Below are positions 54,547 through 62,774 of a stretch of DNA of 64,000 nt, piece after piece. The DNA lies in assembly GCA_049288955.1 (NCBI GenBank), contig JBAQIS010000021.1:22364-86363 (forward strand), read 5' to 3'. Positions within the stretch are counted from its first letter, which is position 1; each line of letters begins with the position of its first letter. The translations under genes and the position numbers were made by a program. A model generated the notes under the pieces. The model saw only the letters and a program-made list of their open reading frames with translations, was not told the origin of the DNA and made no database searches. This stretch comes from Candidatus Saccharimonas aalborgensis. GTDB lineage: Bacteria; Patescibacteriota; Saccharimonadia; Saccharimonadales; Saccharimonadaceae.

Positions 54547-55320
54547 CTAGCGGCGTTTAACGCGGTCAGCAATAATCGACCCTGCCGCTATCCCAACTGC
54601 AATGGTAATGGCTTGTCCAGCTGCTTTCCCGAGACTGATCAAGGCATCTTTGGCTCGCTCACGTCGTAGTTCAGCAGCTTTCTTACCCTCAGCGTCCTCT
54701 AGATCTGGAGCGCAATCAAAGATTTGTTCAAAAAGTTCATTGAGTTCAGCCATTTGGCCTTCAACAAGCACGTCAACAATTGCTGAGGCACTCCTCGGCG
54801 TCGATTCATGCAGATAGATGTCGAGCAAATCTTCGACAAATGATTTGATTTTTTCTTTTGTGATCAACTCGGTTGAATCATACTTGTCCGAAAGCGCCGC
54901 AAAATACTCATTGATATCTGAGAGATTGTTGTAGAGAATTGTTGTGAGCTCCTGGAGCAAGGTTTCGGTACTCTCGGATTGTAATACGACTTCAGCAATT
55001 AGTTTCGAAAGGGCGACATGGTATTGCTTTTTCATAGCAACGGCACGTCTTTCGAGTTCATCGATGTGCTGCATGTCCGGATAGGCAAATCGGTCGCACA
55101 CTACTTCGCAAACGGTAGCTCTCGCCTCATCAAGTTCTGCCAAATACTGCGCATACCGAGACACTTCCTCGTCAGTGATAGGAAGCTCGATCGGATCCTC
55201 AAGACCAGCGATAGCTTCATGGATTCCCGCAAGCGGGCCCGACGTAATATTGACCGGCTCTTTACGAGTTATCGGCTCCTCTGGTTTATCGGCTGAAGGG
55301 GGCATTTCTGCAACCGTCAT
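54547..55320 (-). CDS. Acidic all-helical protein with a single C-terminal TM anchor
   Basis: 257 aa from MTVAEMPPS (AAGGAG RBS); C-terminus AITIAVGIAAGSIIADRVKRR. Confidence 0.55.
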   Translation of the reverse strand: MTVAEMPPSADKPEEPITRKEPVNITSGPLAGIHEAIAGLEDPIELPITDEEVSRYAQYLAELDEARATVCEVVCDRFAYPDMQHIDELERRAVAMKKQYHVALSKLIAEVVLQSESTETLLQELTTILYNNLSDINEYFAALSDKYDSTELITKEKIKSFVEDLLDIYLHESTPRSASAIVDVLVEGQMAELNELFEQIFDCAPDLEDAEGKKAAELRRERAKDALISLGKAAGQAITIAVGIAAGSIIADRVKRR

Positions 55321-55376
55321 GGTGGAACTCCTTTTGCTCCACGATACCATAAACAGGCTTATTTATCCACAGCCAC

Positions 55377-55405
55377 TTGACAAAATGGCAAAAGTGTGCT
55401 AGCAT
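55377..55405 (+). promoter_or_regulatory. Promoter about 540 nt upstream of the ABC exporter start
   Basis: TTGACA-17 nt-TAGCAT with TGC extended -10. Confidence 0.45.
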
Positions 55406-55946
55406 GGATCCAGCGTTACATCTTGCAAATCAACACGTGTAGTTTAATTTGAGCAATCAGGCGACCCCCGCCCCTGTTTCTTGGCCCTCGGCCAAGACGT
55501 TCATTGACGTATGCCGATAATAAAAAGTCAAAGGCACGAATGAATCGTCACTGACAGACTCTTGGTGGGTTTTCCTGATACTCATATAGCTACGCGAGAT
55601 GAACGCAACATCACACCAAAAAGTTGACTGACCGCATGTCGGCTTGCACCTCAACAAAACTGCAAGGTGTAATGACAATAACGTTAATGGAAAGGATTTA
55701 AGTCGGATGTTAATTATTACATTTATGTCAGCGGGCGAGTAAGTCATCATTTGTGAGGTAATCTCAATCTTGCAAATGTACTTCGCCTGCTATCACCATA
55801 GAGGCCTATCACGTTTTCGAAATTGATAGTAGCTCCAAAACCCCTGTGGTTCCCTGCCCTTTGAGTGCTGGCGTTTTTTTGGCAGCCGAATTCGGCAGGC
55901 AATCACCCTGACAATGAACCAAACAACAAAACAGAAAGGAGGAGGT

Positions 55947-57737
55947 ATGCTTATCGCAGACCTGAAAGCGATTTTGGCGGAAATGCGTCAAGATCCGACC
56001 GTTGCTCCTGAACTACCTGTGGTAGCACGTGCGATTCGACGTACGTTTGCCTGGGAGGTTCTCAGCGAGCTGCTCCAAGTCCTTCAGTCCGTACCAGTGA
56101 TGTTTTTTACGAATGAACTGGTTCGCCCGGGGCCGGAGAGCCCTCGAAACATCGCGCTTGTCGCACTCAGTTTCGCTGTTCTTTATAAAGTAAATCAGCT
56201 TGTCGCCAATCGTATGGGCCTGCATCGTAATGATGTGTTTTGGGGCTCATGGCGCGTTTGGTGGGGCTATGGCAATCGTCGACTGCTCCGCCAGAGTACC
56301 GACTGGCACACAGCTCACAGTACTGGTGAGAAAGATTCGTTGATCGGCAAAAATATCGGACGGTTCCAAGAATTGTTTGATGAAGCGCTGTTCAATACGA
56401 TCCCAGTACTGCTGCGTATCAGTCTGACGACGGCGTTTATGTTTGTGCTTGGCTGGCAATTCGGTCTCGTGGCTATCGTGACGATGGTGCTCTATGGCTA
56501 TGTCCTGACACGGACAGAGCGAACCATGCACCCTCACCGCGAAGAGTTTCAGACACGCATGAAGCAAGTCGAGGACAATGGCAGTGAATTGACGCGCAAT
56601 TGGCGGACAATTCGGACGCTTGGTCTCGAGGAACACTTCAGTGATCGCAACGAAGTACTGTTGCGCGACTTTTGGCACGATGAGTACCCTCGTCACCAGA
56701 CCTGGGCTCGTTGTATCTCGCGTCAGGACGATATCTTGATAGTGAGTCGAGCGTCACTCTATCTTGTGCTGGGCCTTGTTGCTTTACGTTCAGGCAGCAG
56801 TGAAGCCATCGGTTCGCTGATCCTGGCAACGACATGGATGGAGCGTGCCTATAGCAATTACTGGCGTCTGAGTGACTTCCAGCGATTGCTCGGACGCGGA
56901 CAAGAGGCGCTCAGAGAGCTAGTCGCGTTTTTGGCGCTCAAGCCGAGTGTCACCAACACTGATCAACCACGCTGGCCGCGCCGCGTACGCGGAACCGTCA
57001 GTTTCCGAAATGTGTCGTTTGCCTATCCAGGTGATTCGAGAGAATCGACTATTTCACAGTTCGATCTGCGCGTTCCTGCACACACCTCGCTGGCTTTTGT
57101 TGGCGAGAGTGGCAGCGGCAAATCGACGCTGATGCGTTTGCTCGCACGTGAGTACGACCCCTGTGTCGGCAGCATTACCGTCGATGGTATTGACCTACGT
57201 GATATCGACTATCGGCGCTATCGTCATGAGTTGATTGCTGTCGTGAGCCAGACGATCGAGCTATTTGATCGCACCATCGCAGACAATATTCGTATTGCTC
57301 GGCCTGACGCGACGATGGACGAAGTCATCGAGTCGGCGAAGGCTGCCGGTGCGCATGAGTTCATCATGGCGACAGATCACGGATACGACAGTCGGATCGG
57401 TGAAGATGGTCTGACACTTTCGGGTGGTCAACGCCAGCGACTCGCGATTGCTCGCGCGTTGCTGATGAAGCCAGCGATCTTGATTTTGGACGAAGCAACC
57501 TCGGCACTCGATGCAATGAGTCAGGCAGAAGTCCAGGCCACTATCGACGGGCTGATACAGCAACGAGTGTGCACGGTGTTCATCATCGCCCATCGTCTTA
57601 GCACTATTCGCGATGCCGATCGCATCGTGGTGATGCACAAGGGGCAGATGGCTGCCAGCGGGACTCACAAAGAGTTACTCTCGCACAGCGCCATCTATCG
57701 TCGGATGAATGGTCTCGAGAACGGTTCTCACTCCTAA
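55947..57737 (+). CDS. ABC transporter, fused permease/ATPase (MsbA-like exporter)
   Basis: Start moved to the ATG after AAAGGAGGAGG; Walker A GESGSGKSTL, signature LSGGQRQR, Walker B ILILDEATS. Confidence 0.9.
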   Translation: MLIADLKAILAEMRQDPTVAPELPVVARAIRRTFAWEVLSELLQVLQSVPVMFFTNELVRPGPESPRNIALVALSFAVLYKVNQLVANRMGLHRNDVFWGSWRVWWGYGNRRLLRQSTDWHTAHSTGEKDSLIGKNIGRFQELFDEALFNTIPVLLRISLTTAFMFVLGWQFGLVAIVTMVLYGYVLTRTERTMHPHREEFQTRMKQVEDNGSELTRNWRTIRTLGLEEHFSDRNEVLLRDFWHDEYPRHQTWARCISRQDDILIVSRASLYLVLGLVALRSGSSEAIGSLILATTWMERAYSNYWRLSDFQRLLGRGQEALRELVAFLALKPSVTNTDQPRWPRRVRGTVSFRNVSFAYPGDSRESTISQFDLRVPAHTSLAFVGESGSGKSTLMRLLAREYDPCVGSITVDGIDLRDIDYRRYRHELIAVVSQTIELFDRTIADNIRIARPDATMDEVIESAKAAGAHEFIMATDHGYDSRIGEDGLTLSGGQRQRLAIARALLMKPAILILDEATSALDAMSQAEVQATIDGLIQQRVCTVFIIAHRLSTIRDADRIVVMHKGQMAASGTHKELLSHSAIYRRMNGLENGSHS

Positions 57738-57897
57738 AGTCTAGTGTGGTTCGTGTCAGATAATCGAAGAGAGGAGCCTGCAAGATGCCTCCGTGGACTG
57801 AGTTCCACGGAGGCTATTGCTTGGGTAAATAAAGTGGTAACGATATGAAGTACACCGCCTTCCAAAGAGGCGGTGTACTGATATCTTGATACTTGTG

Positions 57898-58446
57898 TTA
57901 GACTTTTTTGACTTGCAGCGCGTCGAGCTCGACGGGCGTGTCGCGGCCAAACATGCTGACCATGACCTTGAGCTTACCCTTTGCAGTGTCGATTTCACTT
58001 ACGGCGCCATCAAAGCCCTTGAATGGTCCATCGGTGATGTTGACCACTTCTCCCGGCTGGAAGTCGATCTGATGCTTGGGGTCCTCGACACCCATACGTT
58101 TTTTGATCTTTGAGATCTCTGCGTCTGAAACAGGCGTTGGCTCAGTACCACTACCGACAAACCCAGTCACGCCAGGTGTATTACGGACAATGTACCATGT
58201 CTCATCGGTTAGTTTCATCTCGACGAGTACATAGCCTTGGAATATCTTGGCCTCAACGACTTTTCGTTTGCCGTTTTTGATCTGAATCTGCTTTTCCTTT
58301 GGCACCATAGCGTCAAAGATCTTGTCTGCCATATCGACAGCCTGAATACGCTGTTTGATTGCATCGGCGACTTTTTCTTCGTAGCCGCTATAGGTGTGGA
58401 TTGCGTACCATTGACGAGTACCATCATATCGATTCTTGTGTGCCAT
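57898..58446 (-). CDS. nusG: Transcription termination/antitermination factor NusG
   Basis: 182 aa; WYAIHTYSGYEEKV NGN domain, KOW GEVVNITDGPFKGFDG. Confidence 0.95.
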   Translation of the reverse strand: MAHKNRYDGTRQWYAIHTYSGYEEKVADAIKQRIQAVDMADKIFDAMVPKEKQIQIKNGKRKVVEAKIFQGYVLVEMKLTDETWYIVRNTPGVTGFVGSGTEPTPVSDAEISKIKKRMGVEDPKHQIDFQPGEVVNITDGPFKGFDGAVSEIDTAKGKLKVMVSMFGRDTPVELDALQVKKV

Positions 58447-58447
58447 G

Positions 58448-58789
58448 TTATTTCCTCAAAATAATGTTAAACAAATATTGAAAACCTGCGTCGAGTAGCA
58501 AAATAACGACGACAAAAAACGCAGTAAAGAGCAGCAGCGCGCCCGTCATCGCCCAGGTGGTGCGCCGGTCTGGCCAGCGAACTTGACGGAGCTCATACCA
58601 TGAACCCTTTAGGTACCGCCAGATAGCGAAAAATGGATTGCGAGTACGTCGTACTAGCTTGTCGCCATCGTCACTCACTACCTTCCGTGTCCTTTTGGGC
58701 GCTACTGGTTTTTTTGATTTTTTTGAACCACTATCATTTGCTTTAATGCGCGTGATCTTGGGTGTTGATGATTTTGCTGGTGTCGCCAC
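58448..58789 (-). CDS. secE: Preprotein translocase subunit SecE (basic N-terminal extension)
   Basis: LRQVRWPDRRTTW followed by a single TM helix; start uncertain (GTG at 58789 or TTG at 58843). Confidence 0.8.
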   Translation of the reverse strand: MATPAKSSTPKITRIKANDSGSKKSKKPVAPKRTRKVVSDDGDKLVRRTRNPFFAIWRYLKGSWYELRQVRWPDRRTTWAMTGALLLFTAFFVVVILLLDAGFQYLFNIILRK

Positions 58790-58935
58790 GATAGATTTCC
58801 TGCTCTCCCAATTAAATAAGTCTGCTTTCTGGCAGACTGTCAAGAGTAGTATATGTCACCTCGAGAACTTTGTCAATAACAAACGGATGGTTCTTATGGT
58901 TGCATGTCCTGAATTTTGTGATGTACACTAGCCGC

Positions 58936-59721
58936 ATGACAAAGAAAACCCACGAGACACTAGCAAATGGAATTGATTTTGAGCAGCGCGACAAGGCGAT
59001 TGCTCGGTTGCGTGCATTTTTACGTCTTGAGACCGACGAACTCCTTCAGTGTCCGTTGACCGACGACGAGAAAGTAATGCTCGAGAAATGCAACGTGTGG
59101 CGCACAATGGTAGAAACAAGAGATACGCCAAATCGCCGTCTCGCGCTGGCAATGCTTGGGCTTGAAGGGGCCGTACGCGTTCTTTATGAGCAGGCGGGGT
59201 GTGATGTAACTCGGGAGAGTGTAGCGATCAATAGGGATGGTGAAGAAGTACCATATCGTTTTTCTGCATCACAAGCTGGCTCTGATTTTGGGATGGCTCT
59301 CAACTGTCGATTTACCCAGCCGAAGCAGCTTGATGCGTACGGTAGGCCACACGACAGTATGCTCCACGTATTGCTCCCTACTGACGGATACCTTTACGAA
59401 ACGCTTGCGCACGGTAATCCTCCTGAGAGACAATTTTTCGCCTCAGAGCCAGACATTTACTCTGCGGAGTGGTCAGAGGATGAAAGAGAGTGGTTGCCAA
59501 ATGGCGGTGTTACCTATCGAGAGATCAGTATGAACCGTGCTTTATACGATGAGAGCGGTGCGTACATATCAGATCAAGCAGACCGGCGCCGTGATGTGTA
59601 TCATCGTGATCGAGTACATTATCGACCACTCTACACAGAAGGTGCCCCAGGTATCGAACGGTATGTGTATATCACTCAAACTCTTGTAGCTCAGTACCTT
59701 GAGGCCATTGAGATAAAGTAA
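58936..59721 (+). CDS. Hypothetical protein
   Basis: 261 aa from MTKKTHETLANG; no motif recognised. Confidence 0.5.
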   Translation: MTKKTHETLANGIDFEQRDKAIARLRAFLRLETDELLQCPLTDDEKVMLEKCNVWRTMVETRDTPNRRLALAMLGLEGAVRVLYEQAGCDVTRESVAINRDGEEVPYRFSASQAGSDFGMALNCRFTQPKQLDAYGRPHDSMLHVLLPTDGYLYETLAHGNPPERQFFASEPDIYSAEWSEDEREWLPNGGVTYREISMNRALYDESGAYISDQADRRRDVYHRDRVHYRPLYTEGAPGIERYVYITQTLVAQYLEAIEIK

Positions 59722-59733
59722 ACGGTCATCGTC

Positions 59734-61347
59734 CTAGCGACGTGACATACTAAACCCAAATGTCGACCCATGGTTGAGTCGAGAGGTCATTTCGATAGTA
59801 ACCCCGAGTTTCTTAGCTAGTTTCCTTGCGACGTACAAACCAAGACCCGTACCGCCCGTCTCCCTAGTACGGTAATCTTCACTCCGCCAGAACTTCTCGA
59901 ATACATGTTTTTGATCTGATTTGCTCATGCCAATGCCGGTGTCCTGGACAGAAAACTTGAGTGTAGTATCGACTGCCTTGACCGATACAAGCACACTGCC
60001 CTCTTTGGTGTATTTGATTGCATTGGTAACAAAGTTTTGGAGCAGTTCCTTGAGGTAGAGACGGCTGGCTACCACTTCACCGAGGCCAGGATCAAGGTCA
60101 AGATTAAACTTGAGGCCTTTTGTCTCGGCTTGAGGCGCGTATTCATTGTAGAGATCGTGGATGAGATCGCTCACATTGATAGACTCGGGCGCATCCGCGA
60201 CACCACGTTCGGCACGGCTGAGGGTACTGAGGTCATTGACCATTTTTGCGAGAAAGAGTACCTGATCATGGGCAATGGTGACATTGGTTGCAAGCGTGGC
60301 TTTTGGAATGTCCTCCCTGGTCATCATGAGCTGAACATTGCTCAGAGTACCCTCGGCGATGGTGATAGGCGTACGTAGCTCATGGCTCACTACCGAGATA
60401 AACTCGTCTCGCTCTTCCTCGAGACTTTTTTGTTTTGTTATGTCGCGTAGGATAACGATATAGCCGTCGGTTTCATTGCCGCTGTCGGTTCCTCTGATAG
60501 GCGAGAAAATAACTGATAGGTGGAGTGTTTCCTCTGATATGGTGGCACTGAGGTCATCTCTGGATATGACTCCGCGTGCAGATCGAAATGCACTCGAAAA
60601 CTTGAAGCGTTTGTTGTCCTTGTCGAGCAAGCGGATTACATCATCAATGTGTTTGCCGTTAAGACTTGTGTTGGTATCGAGCAAATTGAGTGTCGCGGCG
60701 TTGAATACCTGGATAACACCGTGATTGTCGGTGCTCAATATACCGTCTGCAAGATTATTGACGAGGGTCATGATACGATCACGTTGGTGAGATTCCTCAG
60801 ATTGACTACGCGCTAATTCGTCTCGGTCTACACGTTGGATCGACATAATTGTCGCTGCAACGTAGCCAACTAGAAGCGTACCGAGAAAGTACATGATATC
60901 GCGCGCTATGTACTCGGTCTGGTCCATAGTGAGCAAAATATCGGCGAGCATAGTGGCAAAGAGCGCTAGGATGCTCAGGTTGAGCCCATCTCTGCCCCAA
61001 AAGGTAAATGATGCAAGGAGCAGTACTACCCAGGTTGCCATAAATGGCATATCGAGTCCTGATACAAACAGGATATAGGCAACTGAGAGCGTATGGTACA
61101 GCACAAGCCGCACGGCAGTATCAAGCCGTGTTTTTGCTCGGACGAGAAACTGGTACACACTCAATATAGCCCAGCCAACAGAGATATACGCAAATGCTGT
61201 GAGATTAAACGGATGCTCGTTTTTGACGGCGCCCATCATGAGAAGCAGCCCATAAAACATCAAAATAACAGGCACCAGAAACCCAGCAAATCGGATCAGT
61301 TGCTCGGTACGCGCGTTGACATTTGGCAGGCCACCCTCGCTCATCAT
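59734..61347 (-). CDS. Membrane sensor histidine kinase (PAS-like, HisKA, HATPase_c)
   Basis: 537 aa; about 6 TM helices; H-box SHELRTPIT; DTGIGMS; GGTGLGLYVA; no response regulator adjacent. Confidence 0.88.
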   Translation of the reverse strand: MMSEGGLPNVNARTEQLIRFAGFLVPVILMFYGLLLMMGAVKNEHPFNLTAFAYISVGWAILSVYQFLVRAKTRLDTAVRLVLYHTLSVAYILFVSGLDMPFMATWVVLLLASFTFWGRDGLNLSILALFATMLADILLTMDQTEYIARDIMYFLGTLLVGYVAATIMSIQRVDRDELARSQSEESHQRDRIMTLVNNLADGILSTDNHGVIQVFNAATLNLLDTNTSLNGKHIDDVIRLLDKDNKRFKFSSAFRSARGVISRDDLSATISEETLHLSVIFSPIRGTDSGNETDGYIVILRDITKQKSLEEERDEFISVVSHELRTPITIAEGTLSNVQLMMTREDIPKATLATNVTIAHDQVLFLAKMVNDLSTLSRAERGVADAPESINVSDLIHDLYNEYAPQAETKGLKFNLDLDPGLGEVVASRLYLKELLQNFVTNAIKYTKEGSVLVSVKAVDTTLKFSVQDTGIGMSKSDQKHVFEKFWRSEDYRTRETGGTGLGLYVARKLAKKLGVTIEMTSRLNHGSTFGFSMSRR

Positions 61348-61383
61348 CCTTTAGTATAGCCATAAGCGAGACAAATGAAAAGC

Positions 61384-62082
61384 TTATACTGAAGGTGTCT
61401 CGCGGGCGATCTGTCGTCGATGCAATTTGTAGTGCGGATCGTGCTGGCCGACAAGCTGCCAAAATGCCTTTGAGTGGTTCATATGTCTCGTATGGCAGAG
61501 TTCGTGGATGATGACATAGTCGATGAGCTCGTCTTTTAGCTTCATCAGGGCGATATTGAGGCTTATTGTGCCCGTTGAGCTGCAGCTACCCCAGCGAGTA
61601 CCAGCATAAGAAAAGCGAATCCGCTCGTAGCTACATCCAAGGTGTGCTCCAAGCGTTGCTAAGCGTATAGTCAAGTATTGTTTTGCTTCTTTACGCAGTA
61701 CTGTCACGACGGAGTCACGAATTAACTGCTGAACGGCTCTCGATTCGAGTGTATGACCAGGGGGTAGATAGACAAGCAGCTTCTTGCGCTCGATCTTTAC
61801 TTTCGGGTGATCTACCATTCCTGTTTTGATGACAGCAATGGTGTGAGCCTTTCCGATGGCTGTGCCGTCCAGATACATTATTTTTTTTGGCTGCTTATCC
61901 AAAAGTTCGCGTAAGTCGCCGCGTGATGATGCCACAACGCCTCTTAGGTAGACGAGCGGCGTCATGAGGGGTGCTTTGATTGAGAGCTTGCCTGAGGTAT
62001 CGACATGAATACGGACACTACGCATGCGTGACGCACGGGTCACGGTGATGTCCCCAAACTCTTTATCATGAAGTAGCGCCAT
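61384..62082 (-). CDS. YgjP-like (DUF45) zinc metallopeptidase
   Basis: 232 aa; IIHELCHTRHMNHS (HExxH). Confidence 0.75.
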   Translation of the reverse strand: MALLHDKEFGDITVTRASRMRSVRIHVDTSGKLSIKAPLMTPLVYLRGVVASSRGDLRELLDKQPKKIMYLDGTAIGKAHTIAVIKTGMVDHPKVKIERKKLLVYLPPGHTLESRAVQQLIRDSVVTVLRKEAKQYLTIRLATLGAHLGCSYERIRFSYAGTRWGSCSSTGTISLNIALMKLKDELIDYVIIHELCHTRHMNHSKAFWQLVGQHDPHYKLHRRQIARETPSV

Positions 62083-62091
62083 AAAAAGTAG

Positions 62092-62646
62092 CTACCGCTT
62101 CTGGCTAATAGATGCGGGTGCGGGTTCGTCGCGAACAGCGATGACCCTTGAAGCACGTTCTTTTGTCAATCGACTAAGCACGGCTTTGACTTGCGTCGCG
62201 TAGGTGTGTTTACCACTGATGACAACAGGTGTTTCAGACGGATGCGGCGGGCTAAACTTTCGCGCAATTTCGTCGTAGTCACCTGGCGTCATATCGTATG
62301 CCTTGAGAGTACGATCTTGGGCTGTTTCGCTGTCAACCTGCACCCATACGATGACAGGCTTGTAGCCATGCTTTCGCACCCATTTGCAAAACTCGGTGCG
62401 GACAGTCCTCGAATCGGTGAATCCCTCATACACAAAACTCTGACCAGTTTTGACGATTTCGTTGGCAACGATTGCAGTGATTGCCTGTAAGGATGGCGTA
62501 TCTTTGGTAAAAGAAGCAAAGGCGCGACTATCGATACACGGCATATGAAACGTCTCAGCAAACTGTTTGGCAAAAAAGCTTTTTCCACTCCCAGGAAGCC
62601 CTACCATCATGATCGCATGAGGATCAGTAAGATGTAATGATTTCAT
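62092..62646 (-). CDS. P-loop kinase (AAA_33/polynucleotide-kinase-like)
   Basis: 184 aa; MVGLPGSGKSFFA Walker A. Confidence 0.65.
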   Translation of the reverse strand: MKSLHLTDPHAIMMVGLPGSGKSFFAKQFAETFHMPCIDSRAFASFTKDTPSLQAITAIVANEIVKTGQSFVYEGFTDSRTVRTEFCKWVRKHGYKPVIVWVQVDSETAQDRTLKAYDMTPGDYDEIARKFSPPHPSETPVVISGKHTYATQVKAVLSRLTKERASRVIAVRDEPAPASISQKR

Positions 62647-62774
62647 ACGATTTAGTATAGCAGATTTCTCTCAGGTGTAAGCATGAGCGATATAGTTATT
62701 ATATATAGTTGACTGTACTCAAAGAAAGTGAGAAAATGATAGTGATATCTGTACATGATAGCGAGGAGGCGTGT

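Noticed and set aside
55457-55750. A 97-aa minus-strand ORF lies in the long intergenic region.
   Set aside because: It has no Shine-Dalgarno sequence, an implausible Cys/Ser/Leu-rich composition, and no motif.
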